Origin: Oscillospiraceae bacterium
Lineage (GTDB): Bacteria; Bacillota; Clostridia; Oscillospirales; Butyricicoccaceae
Reading direction: 5' to 3'
Assembly (NCBI GenBank): GCA_902797555.1
Contig: CADBTM010000030.1
Location: 1-42,678 of the forward strand
DNA: 42,678 bases
Notes under the pieces: generated by a model
Told to the model about the DNA's origin: nothing
Database searches by the model: none
What the model saw: only the letters and a program-made list of their open reading frames with translations
In this document: piece after piece, positions 33,868-41,553 of the stretch
Layout: every line of letters begins with the position of its first letter
Numbering within the stretch: position 1 is the stretch's first letter
Position numbers and translations under genes: made by a program

Positions 33868-36867
33868 TCAGGCCTTGGGCTGCTCTGCCTGCGCCTCCTG
33901 AGGAGGCTCCAGCGGGCCGAAGGCGCCCTCATTGACCAGCTCCATAAAGGCGTTTACCACCTCGGGGCTGAGCTGGGTGCCCGCCGATTTCTGGATCTCG
34001 GAGGCCACAAAGGACAGAGGCAGCTGCTTGCGGTAGGGACGGGTGGAATACATGGCGTCAAAGGTATCGGCTACGGCGATGATGCGGGCGATCTCGGGGA
34101 TCTCTTCGCCCTTCAGCCCCTTGGGATAGCCCCGGCCGTCCACACGCTCGTGGTGGTAGGCGGCGCCGATCTCCAGATCGGGCTCGATCTTGATTTCCTT
34201 GAGAATGTCAGAACCTCTCTGGGAATGGCTGCGCATGACGGAAAACTCCTCGTCGGTGAGCCGTCCCGGCTTGTTGAGGATGCTGTCGGGGATGCTGATC
34301 TTGCCGATGTCGTGGAGCAGGGCGATGTTGTAGATCTTTTCGATCTCCTCGTCGGTCTTGCCCAGCTTTTTCGCCAGCATGGCGGTGTATTTCGCCACCC
34401 GGTGGGAGTGACCGTTGGTGTAGGCGTCCTTCATATCGATGCAGCTTGCGAACACGCTGGTCATCTGGTTGATCAGCTCCTTGTGCTCGGCCTGCTTTTT
34501 CAGCAGGAGCTTGGTCTTCCGGCGATAGTAGAGCCACAGGCTGCCCGACACCAGCGCCAGCAGCGCCACCACCAGCAGCGCCCAGAACAGAGGCTGTTCG
34601 TAGATGGTCTTTTCCTTGATGATGGTGACGGTGAGCACCTGATCCTCCGCGCCGGTGACGCTGTTGAGCAGCGCCATGCGGAAGGTGTATTTTCCGCCCG
34701 CCAGATTGGTGTAGGTGGGATGGGTCATGGCCAGCTTGGTGGTTTCCACCGGGGTTTCGTCAAAGCCCTCCAGCGCATACCGCAGGTGGGGATTGTTCAG
34801 CGTATAGGTAAAGGCATACGCATAGATATTGAGGCGGCGGCAGGTGGCGGGAAGGGTGATTTCGCCGCTTTCGGGGATGGGGATATACTGATCGTCGGCA
34901 TAGACAAAGGGCACGGCCAGCCGCACCTGACGGTTGTCGTCGCTGTCGTCAAAGATATTGACCGAGCTGACGCCGATGGACGAGGCGATATACAGGGTGC
35001 CGTCCTCGCACAGATGGCTGTAGGAATTGGCGGTGGCCGCTCCGGGCAGGCCGCACTCGGTGTCATAAAAGATATAGTCGCTCACCGCATCGGCCAGCAT
35101 GGCGTCCCGCTTGACCACATAGATGCCGTTGCTGCTCAGCACCCACAGGCGGTCGCTCTGGTCAAAATAGATGTCAAAGTTGTTGGAATAGGGGAAGGAA
35201 TAGACGGTGGTGATCTTGTCATCCCGCATAAAGGCGATGGAATTGCTGGTGACGATCCAATAGAGCGTGGGATCGGCGCTGTCCCGCCGCAGACGGAGGA
35301 TGACCTCGGAATGCAGGCCGTCGTCCAGACCCAGTCGGCTCACCTTGCGGCCGTTGACCACATAGATGCCGTCGCCGTCGCTGCCCAGATAGATCCGTCC
35401 GTCGGGCGCCTCCTCGATGCACAGGATCTCCATGTTGCTGATGCCGTCCCTGTTGTTGTAAAGGGCGGTGATCTCGCCGTTTTCGATCAGGTGCATGCCG
35501 GCGTTGGTGGCCACGGCCAGCCGCCCGTCGCTCAGCTCGAGCACGGTGCGCGCCCGGTTGGAGGCCAGCCCGCTGTCCATATTATAAATGCGGTATTCGT
35601 CGGTATCGGGCCAGTAGCGCACCAGACCGTTGTCGCTGTTGGTGCACAGCCACAGCGTCCCGGCGCTGTCCTCCCGGATGCAGCGGATGCGCACCCCCTG
35701 CATCAGCGCGGTGATGCTGTTTTCGATGGGGGCGAAGCTTTCGTCCAGGATGGTCAGACCGGTGTCCGCGCCGATATAGAGGTTTCCGTTGTGGACGCAG
35801 GTGCTGTTGACCACCATGGTGCTCAGCCCGGCCACTTTGGAGATGTCGGTAAAGCGGTTTTCCACGATCTTCATCACGCCTTGACGGGAGGAGGTGAACC
35901 ACAGGTTGCCCTCATAGTCCTCCATCATCCGATCCACCAGACTGTTCATGGGAACGTCCTTGAGCAGGACGTAGGTGCCGCTTTCCGTCAAAAAGCCGAT
36001 GCCCCGGTCGGCGCAGATCCACACCAGCCCGTTCGCGACGCGGATGGAATTGACCGTGGTCTGGGGCGCCACCGAATAGGTGCGGGCGCCGCGCATATGC
36101 TGGGTCAGGTCGCCGTGGATGACGGTGGATTCCTGCGTGCCCAGATAGACGTAGCCCGGCCTGTCCGGATCGGGATAGATGGTGTTGATGACGCCATAGC
36201 CCATCTGCTCCTCGCTGAAAAAGCCGGTGAGCCGCAGATTTTCAATGGTAAAGAAGGCGCCGCTCAGGGTGACGCCGTACACGACCCCGTCGGTGCCGCA
36301 ATAGAGCTCGCACACATATTCCCGGTTGATCTGGGGATCGTCGATGACGTGGAGGACGTTTTCCCCGTCCACATAGGCCATGCCCATGGTGGTGGCGATG
36401 AGGATGTTGCCCTGAGGATCCTCGGTGATGGAGTGCACCGACGACGACCGCAGACCGGAGCTTCGGTCAAAGAAGGTAAACACCTCGTCCTGCAGCACGG
36501 CGGCGCCGCTGTCGTTGGTGCCGATCCACAGACGCTCCTGCGAGTCCACAAACAGGGACACCACGCTGGAAACACCGGAGGACGAATCGTACCGCTGGAA
36601 GGTGTTTCCGTCATACCGGATCAGACCGCTGTAGCTGCCGATCCAGATAAAGCCCTCGGACGACTGGACGATGGCGTTGGCGTCCGAGGTGGGCAGTCCG
36701 CTGGAGCTGTCGTACAGCACCGAGGTGTAGCCCGCGCCCCGTCCGCTCTCGTCCACCACGGAAACCGCCTGCGCCCGGGGTGCGGCAAAGCTCCCCGCGC
36801 CCAGCGCCAGCACGGCCGCCAGCACGATCGCCGCTGCCCGCAGTCCATGAATCCTTCTTTTTTTCAT
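33868..36867 (-). CDS. Extracytoplasmic beta-propeller (two-component-regulator propeller / Y_Y_Y type) sensor, one TM segment, cytoplasmic HD-GYP phosphodiesterase domain
   Basis: Signal peptide. Repeated ...G(F/L)xWIGTxxGL... propeller blades over about 700 aa. TM segment LFWALLVVALLALVSGSLWLYY. HD-GYP blocks HSHRVAKY, LLHDIGK, HHERVDGRGYPKGL. Confidence 0.85.
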   Translation of the reverse strand: MKKRRIHGLRAAAIVLAAVLALGAGSFAAPRAQAVSVVDESGRGAGYTSVLYDSSSGLPTSDANAIVQSSEGFIWIGSYSGLIRYDGNTFQRYDSSSGVSSVVSLFVDSQERLWIGTNDSGAAVLQDEVFTFFDRSSGLRSSSVHSITEDPQGNILIATTMGMAYVDGENVLHVIDDPQINREYVCELYCGTDGVVYGVTLSGAFFTIENLRLTGFFSEEQMGYGVINTIYPDPDRPGYVYLGTQESTVIHGDLTQHMRGARTYSVAPQTTVNSIRVANGLVWICADRGIGFLTESGTYVLLKDVPMNSLVDRMMEDYEGNLWFTSSRQGVMKIVENRFTDISKVAGLSTMVVNSTCVHNGNLYIGADTGLTILDESFAPIENSITALMQGVRIRCIREDSAGTLWLCTNSDNGLVRYWPDTDEYRIYNMDSGLASNRARTVLELSDGRLAVATNAGMHLIENGEITALYNNRDGISNMEILCIEEAPDGRIYLGSDGDGIYVVNGRKVSRLGLDDGLHSEVILRLRRDSADPTLYWIVTSNSIAFMRDDKITTVYSFPYSNNFDIYFDQSDRLWVLSSNGIYVVKRDAMLADAVSDYIFYDTECGLPGAATANSYSHLCEDGTLYIASSIGVSSVNIFDDSDDNRQVRLAVPFVYADDQYIPIPESGEITLPATCRRLNIYAYAFTYTLNNPHLRYALEGFDETPVETTKLAMTHPTYTNLAGGKYTFRMALLNSVTGAEDQVLTVTIIKEKTIYEQPLFWALLVVALLALVSGSLWLYYRRKTKLLLKKQAEHKELINQMTSVFASCIDMKDAYTNGHSHRVAKYTAMLAKKLGKTDEEIEKIYNIALLHDIGKISIPDSILNKPGRLTDEEFSVMRSHSQRGSDILKEIKIEPDLEIGAAYHHERVDGRGYPKGLKGEEIPEIARIIAVADTFDAMYSTRPYRKQLPLSFVASEIQKSAGTQLSPEVVNAFMELVNEGAFGPLEPPQEAQAEQPKA

Positions 36868-36928
36868 ATGTGCTCGCCTCCCTGCGAAATCCCGGAGGTT
36901 GATACTTTACCTTATTATAATCATTATA

Positions 36929-36959
36929 CAAAAAATACTCCCGCTTTGCAAGCGGGAGT
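36929..36959 (-). terminator. Rho-independent terminator (minus strand) closing the tRNA-Arg region
   Basis: 9-bp stem ACTCCCGCT/AGCGGGAGT (36937-36959), followed on the minus strand by ATTTTTT. Confidence 0.7.
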
Positions 36960-36996
36960 TGGCGGGGAGACGGAGGTGGGAAAAGCGGACGTTTTT

Positions 36997-37008
36997 TGGT
37001 ACGGCGTA
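36997..37008 (-). repeat. Third, 12-nt copy of the tRNA-Arg acceptor 3' end (TACGCCGTACCA)
   Basis: The plus-strand TGGTACGGCGTA is identical to 37053-37064 and 37199-37210. Confidence 0.7.
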
Positions 37009-37074
37009 CAGGCAAAACAAAAATCCCGACGCCGCAAGGGCACAGGGATTTCTGGTACGGCGTAAGGGATTCGA
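37009..37074 (-). repeat. 66-nt block (hairpin terminator plus last 22 nt of tRNA-Arg), copy 1
   Basis: 64/66 identical to 37155-37220. Contains AAATCCC...GGGATTT followed on the minus strand by TTTTGTTTTG. Confidence 0.85.
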
Positions 37075-37152
37075 CCTGCGCTGCGGCGCAGGCCGCCTCG
37101 GGTTGCAAGGTGCCACCGGCACCTTGCCAAGTGCCCTCGGGTTCGAATCCCT
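37053..37152 (-). other. tRNA-derived mosaic element (not a functional tRNA); possible structured RNA or att-site scar
   Basis: It ends with ...AGGTCGAATCCCTTACGCCGTACCA, which is the tRNA-Arg 3' part with an 8-nt T-arm deletion. It starts with an inverted T-arm copy (AGGGATTCGAACCC) and contains two perfect hairpins (GCAAGGTGCC/GGCACCTTGC and CCTGCGC/GCGCAGG). No 5' acceptor strand is present. Confidence 0.5.
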
Positions 37153-37154
37153 CT

Positions 37155-37220
37155 CAGGCAAAACAAAAATCCCGACGCCCCAAGGGCACCGGGATTTCTG
37201 GTACGGCGTAAGGGATTCGA
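37155..37220 (-). repeat. 66-nt block (terminator plus last 22 nt of tRNA-Arg), copy 2 (overlaps the functional tRNA)
   Basis: See copy 1. Here the hairpin AAATCCCG...CGGGATTT acts as the terminator of the real tRNA-Arg. Confidence 0.85.
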
Positions 37221-37275
37221 ACCCCCGACCTTTTGGTTCGTAGCCAAACACTCTATCCAGCTGAGCTAACGCCGC
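37199..37275 (-). tRNA. tRNA-Arg (anticodon ACG), CCA encoded
   Basis: Minus strand: GCGGCGT-TA-GCTC-AGCTGGATA-GAGT-G-TTTGG-CTACGAA-CCAAA-AGGTC-GGGGG-TTCGAAT-CCCTT-ACGCCGT-A-CCA. The D arm and anticodon loop are like E. coli or B. subtilis Arg-ACG. It has a G1-U72 pair and two G-U pairs in the T stem. Confidence 0.85.
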
Positions 37276-37292
37276 ATTTACCGTGCTCAAAT

Positions 37293-37321
37293 ACCATACC
37301 ACAACAAAACCCAAAAATCAA
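37293..37321 (-). promoter_or_regulatory. Candidate promoter of tRNA-Arg
   Basis: On the minus strand: TTGATT (37321-37316), 17-nt spacer, TATGGT (37298-37293), 17 nt upstream of the tRNA. Confidence 0.4.
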
Positions 37322-37471
37322 GGGGTAATCTCAAAAAAAATTAATTTTTCTTGAAAAACGGGCAAAACTTCGGGCAGGCTATTGATTCAGCCGTCCGTTT
37401 TATTGTATACTAAAATTGCTTCCAAAGGTCTTTGGGAGCGGTTGCGGGATTTGCCTGAAGGAGGCGCTGGT

Positions 37472-38647
37472 ATGAAAAACACCCGTATGCTTGCACTGAT
37501 TCTGCTGCTCATCGCCCTTGTGGGGGTGGTGTGGCAGTTTTGGAGTGTGGTCATGCTGTTCTTTACGGCAGCGGTCATCGCCTATCTTCTGGGGCCGGTG
37601 ATCAAGCTGTTCACCTTTAAGGGAAAGGTGCGCCGGGGCCTCGCCGTGGCGGCCACCGCCCTTGTGGTGGTGGGACTGATCACATGGGGGCTGACGCTGC
37701 TCATCCCCTACGCCGTCACCCAGATCACCGGCGTGGTCAACGATCTTGCCGCATATGCCTCGTCCTATGAGGATCTGCTGCAGCAGGCCAATCAGGTGCT
37801 GGCCTCGTGGCATCTGCCAAAGCCGGTGCTCGACTGGCTCACCAACCTGCTCAGCGAAAGCGACACCTATCTGATGAATGCCTTCCGCTCGGTGCTGTCC
37901 GGACTGATGGGTCTGACCACCAGCGTCTTCAACATCGTCATCGTGGTCATCCTCATCGTCTATTTCATGCTGGACGGGGCAAAGATGATCCGGGGCGGCA
38001 TCGCCGCTCTGCCCGAGCCTGCACGGCGCGCCGCGGTGCGCATCGTGGAGGAATCCAACCGCTATATCTGGAAATATGTCGGCACCCGGGTGCTGATCTC
38101 GCTGGGCATGGCAATCGTCACCTATATCGGCTTTACCATCATCGGGCTGCGCTATGCGGCGCTGTTTGCCCTTTTGTCCTTTGTGATGGACTTTATCCCC
38201 TATTTCGGCTCGCTCATCGCCGGCGTGGCCGAGGGGGTCTTTGCCCTGGTCACCGGCGGCATCCCGCTGGTCATCAAGGTGGTCATCTTCGTTCTGGTGG
38301 TACAGCAGATCGAGGGCAACGTGGTGGCGCCCAAGGTGCAGGGCGAGGCAGTGAAGATCCATCCCCTGTGGGTGATGTTTTCCCTGCTGGTGTGCAGCAA
38401 GATCTGGGGACCCATCGGCATGCTGATCTCCACCCCGGTGGCGGTGGTGGTGCGCACCGTGCTGCGCGAGGTCTATGCCTTTATCATCGGGGAGGATGTT
38501 TCCCAGCCCGCGCCTGCGCCTGCAAACGCGGCGCCCCTGCCCGACCAAGTTCCGCCCGCGGCGGAAGAAGCGCCCGCAGAGCCTGTCTCCGAGGAAAAGG
38601 CTCCCGCAGAAACCCCGCCGGAGGCGGACGACACAAAAGAGGAGTAA
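37472..38647 (+). CDS. AI-2E family transporter (PerM/UPF0118 permease) with a Pro/Ala/Glu-rich C-terminal tail
   Basis: ATG after GAAGGAGG. Multiple TM segments. DFIPYFGSLIAG and VVQQIEGNVVAPKVQG are typical of the AI-2E family. Confidence 0.85.
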   Translation: MKNTRMLALILLLIALVGVVWQFWSVVMLFFTAAVIAYLLGPVIKLFTFKGKVRRGLAVAATALVVVGLITWGLTLLIPYAVTQITGVVNDLAAYASSYEDLLQQANQVLASWHLPKPVLDWLTNLLSESDTYLMNAFRSVLSGLMGLTTSVFNIVIVVILIVYFMLDGAKMIRGGIAALPEPARRAAVRIVEESNRYIWKYVGTRVLISLGMAIVTYIGFTIIGLRYAALFALLSFVMDFIPYFGSLIAGVAEGVFALVTGGIPLVIKVVIFVLVVQQIEGNVVAPKVQGEAVKIHPLWVMFSLLVCSKIWGPIGMLISTPVAVVVRTVLREVYAFIIGEDVSQPAPAPANAAPLPDQVPPAAEEAPAEPVSEEKAPAETPPEADDTKEE

Positions 38648-38653
38648 TCGCCT

Positions 38654-40426
38654 ATGGCTGAAATCAGCGTACAGGAACTGCATAAATACTTTGGAGAGCA
38701 CCACGTTTTGCGGGGGCTCTCCTTCGATCTTGCCCCGGGGGAAAAGGCGGGCATCGTCGGCCCCAACGGCTGCGGAAAAACCACCCTGCTCAAGATCCTT
38801 TCGGGACAGGAGGAGCACGACGGCGGCACGGTGGCCATCGCCAAGGGATCCCGGCTGGGTCTGCTGGAACAGCTTCCGGTTTACGACCCCGCCGTCACCG
38901 TCCGTCAGGTGCTGTGGCAGGCCTTTGCGTGGCTGGACGACATGGAGACCGAAATGCGGGCGCTAGAGGAGCAGATGGCCTCGGGCGAGGCGGACATGGA
39001 CCGCTACAGCCGCCTGCAGACCGCCTTTGAGATGGGCGGCGGCTATGACCGTCAGGTGGCCTACGACCGGATGACCGGCGGACTGAACATCGGCGCCGAC
39101 ATGCAGGATCGCCCCTTCATGAGCCTTTCCGGCGGGGAAAAGACCCGGGTCAATCTGGCGCGGCTCATGCTGTCGGGCACCGATCTGCTGCTGCTGGACG
39201 AGCCCACCAACCATCTGGACATGGACAGCATCGAATGGCTGGAGGAATACCTCAAAAGCTTTCGCGGGGCGGTGCTCATCGTCTCCCACGACCGCTATTT
39301 TCTCGACAACGTGACCACCCGCACGCTGGAGCTGCGGGACGGGGTCATCATCTCGTGGCCTGGCAATTACAGCTTTTTTGCCGAAAAGAAGGACGAGCTT
39401 GCCCGGCAGCTGGAGGCCGCCAAAAAGCGGCAGGACAAGGAGATCGCCCGACTGGAAAAGGCGGTGGGCAATCTCCATCTGTGGGCCTTTATGGGCAACG
39501 ACGCCCTGCACAAGCGTGCCTTTTCCATGCAAAAGCGCATCGACCGGATGGAGCGCATCCAGACCATCCGCAAGGAACACAAGATGAAAAACCAGTTCAA
39601 TCTGGCCGCCCAGTCGGGGGAGGACGTTTTCGCCATCGAGCATCTCTCCTGCGGCTATGGCACGCCCCTCATCCGGGATTTTTCCGCCATGGTCTACCGG
39701 GGCGAGCGCATCGCCATCCTCGGCCCCAACGGCTGCGGAAAAACCACCCTGCTCACCACCCTTCTCGGTCAGCTCCCCCCGCTGGAGGGGCGGATCTATG
39801 ACGGTACGGGGGTGGAGATCGGCTATCTGCCTCAGGTGGTGCACTTCGACCACCCCGAGCGCAATCTGGTGGACACCGTCCTGTACGGCACCAACGCCAC
39901 CACCCAGGAGGCGCGGGACCGTCTGGCGGCCTTTGCCTTCCGGGGCGAGGAGGTCTTCAAAACGGTGAACGTGCTGTCCGGCGGGGAAAAGACCCGGCTC
40001 AAGCTGTGCCTGTTTATGTATCAGAAGATCAACACCCTCTTTTTGGACGAGCCCACCAACCATCTGGACATCCTCTCCCGGGAATGGGTGGAGGACGCCA
40101 TCGACGATTTTTCCGAAACCATGCTGTTCGTCTCCCACGACCGCTATTTCATCGACCGCTTTGCCACCCGCATCTGGCTGGTGGAGGACGGACAGATCAC
40201 CGACTTTTTGGGCAGCTATGCCGACTTCCAGGCCTTCCGTCAGCGGAAAAAGCAGGCGGAGGCCGCCCGGAGGGAGCAGGAAAAGGCGCAGGAGAGGCAG
40301 TCTCCCGCCCCCGTCCTGGAGGCGCGGGTCAACTCCAAGGAGCAGGAAAAGCGCCGCCGGGAGCGCGCCCGCCGGATCGCCGCCATCGAGGAGCGCCTTG
40401 CCGAGCTGGAGACCGAGATGGCCTAA
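38654..40426 (+). CDS. ABC-F family ATPase (two ABC cassettes, no TMD; translation-factor type), ending at an apparently premature TAA
   Basis: GPNGCGKTTLL x2, LSGGEKTR x2, LLLDEPTNHLD / LFLDEPTNHLD, and a Lys/Arg/Glu-rich C-terminal coiled coil. Confidence 0.85.
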   Translation: MAEISVQELHKYFGEHHVLRGLSFDLAPGEKAGIVGPNGCGKTTLLKILSGQEEHDGGTVAIAKGSRLGLLEQLPVYDPAVTVRQVLWQAFAWLDDMETEMRALEEQMASGEADMDRYSRLQTAFEMGGGYDRQVAYDRMTGGLNIGADMQDRPFMSLSGGEKTRVNLARLMLSGTDLLLLDEPTNHLDMDSIEWLEEYLKSFRGAVLIVSHDRYFLDNVTTRTLELRDGVIISWPGNYSFFAEKKDELARQLEAAKKRQDKEIARLEKAVGNLHLWAFMGNDALHKRAFSMQKRIDRMERIQTIRKEHKMKNQFNLAAQSGEDVFAIEHLSCGYGTPLIRDFSAMVYRGERIAILGPNGCGKTTLLTTLLGQLPPLEGRIYDGTGVEIGYLPQVVHFDHPERNLVDTVLYGTNATTQEARDRLAAFAFRGEEVFKTVNVLSGGEKTRLKLCLFMYQKINTLFLDEPTNHLDILSREWVEDAIDDFSETMLFVSHDRYFIDRFATRIWLVEDGQITDFLGSYADFQAFRQRKKQAEAARREQEKAQERQSPAPVLEARVNSKEQEKRRRERARRIAAIEERLAELETEMA

Positions 40427-40528
40427 TGCGAGGGCGGGGACTATGTCAGACTGGGCGAGCTCTATCACAGCAAGGAAACGCTGGAGGACGAGCTTCTGAC
40501 CCTGTACGAGCAGGAAGAGACCGAGTAA
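40427..40528 (+). other. In-frame continuation of the ABC-F reading frame (33 codons) after the internal TAA; detached C-terminal tail
   Basis: CEGGDYVRLGELYHSKETLEDELLTLYEQEETE* has the DY-x-[KR]-L-x-EL...LE-x-EL-x-x-LYE pattern of ABC-F C-termini. The second TAA (40526-40528) is part of the TAAGGAGG RBS of the next gene. Confidence 0.5.
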
Positions 40529-40538
40529 GGAGGCGCCC

Positions 40539-41549
40539 ATGGCAAAAGGACAAAACCAAAAGGCAAAGCTTTTGTGCCTGTCCCGCATCCTGCGGGAACA
40601 GACCGACGAGGAGCACACCCTCACCGTCGCCCGGATGATGGAGCTGCTCCACGCCCAGGGGGTGGAGGTCTCGGACCGCAAGAGCATCTATGACGATCTG
40701 GAAACGCTGAGGACCTTTGGTGAGGACATCGAAAAAAAGCGGGACGGCAGGAGCTGCGGCTATTATGTGGCGTCCCGGGAGTTTGAAGAGGCCGAGGTGC
40801 GCCTGCTGGTGGACGCGGTGCAGTCCTCCCGGTTCATCACCCAGAAAAAGACCGGCGAGCTCATCCGCAAGATCGAGGGGCTGGTGTCGACCCATCAGGC
40901 CAAACGGATGCAGTGGCAGGTTTATGTGGCCGGACGGATCAAGGCCATGAACGAGAGCATCTATTATCAGGTGGACAGGATCCACAACGCCATCAACGAC
41001 AACCGGCAGATCCGCTTTCACTATTACGAGTGGGCGCTGGGCTCCGGGCGGGAGCGGGTGGTGAAAAAGCTGCGCCACGAGGGGCGGATGTATCAGGTCA
41101 GCCCGTGGGCCCTCCTCTGGGACAACGAAAACTATTACATGGTGGCCTATGACGGGGAAAACCGTCAGCTGCGCCACTATCGCGTGGACAAAATGCAGGA
41201 CGTGGAGTCCACCGACGAGCCCCGTCTGGGCAAGGAGGCGGCCGACGGTCTCGACCCCGGCGTGTATGCCAGACGGATGTTCGGCATGTACAACGGCACG
41301 GAGGAGACCGTTCGCCTGCGGCTGGAAAACAGCCTGCTCAGCGTGGTGGTCGACCGGTTCGGCAAGGATCTGATTTTTTCAAACGAGGGGGACGGGCACT
41401 TTTCGGTGTCGGTTCACGCGGTGATCAGCCCCCAGTTTTACTCGTGGGTGTTCGGACTGGGCGAGGGGGCGGAGATCCTCTCTCCGGCGTCCGTACGGGA
41501 GGAATATTTGGCGCGTCTCAGCGCCGTAATGGAAAGGATGAAGCATTGA
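40539..41549 (+). CDS. HTH-WYL-domain transcriptional regulator
   Basis: N-terminal winged HTH (LLCLSRILREQTDEEHTLTVARMMELL). WYL-type core (IRFHYYEW...RMYQVSPWALLWDNENYYMVAYD...LRHYRVDKM). C-terminal extension domain. Confidence 0.8.
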   Translation: MAKGQNQKAKLLCLSRILREQTDEEHTLTVARMMELLHAQGVEVSDRKSIYDDLETLRTFGEDIEKKRDGRSCGYYVASREFEEAEVRLLVDAVQSSRFITQKKTGELIRKIEGLVSTHQAKRMQWQVYVAGRIKAMNESIYYQVDRIHNAINDNRQIRFHYYEWALGSGRERVVKKLRHEGRMYQVSPWALLWDNENYYMVAYDGENRQLRHYRVDKMQDVESTDEPRLGKEAADGLDPGVYARRMFGMYNGTEETVRLRLENSLLSVVVDRFGKDLIFSNEGDGHFSVSVHAVISPQFYSWVFGLGEGAEILSPASVREEYLARLSAVMERMKH

Positions 41550-41553
41550 ACCT

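Noticed and set aside
37096-37160. A plus-strand tRNA (long-variable-arm or Sec-like), suggested by GGGTTCGAATCCC at 37139-37151 and the long hairpin upstream.
   Set aside because: The T stem would have only 3 base pairs (TCGGG vs CCCTC). There is no complementary 5' acceptor strand for CTCAGGC, no D arm and no anticodon arm. The T-arm-like motif is better explained as an inverted copy of the tRNA-Arg T arm.
36997-37220. CRISPR-like or other regularly spaced repeat array in the tRNA-Arg region.
   Set aside because: There are only two full repeats (66 nt) plus a 12-nt fragment. The repeats are tRNA 3' end plus terminator, not CRISPR-type palindromic repeats. No cas genes are present.
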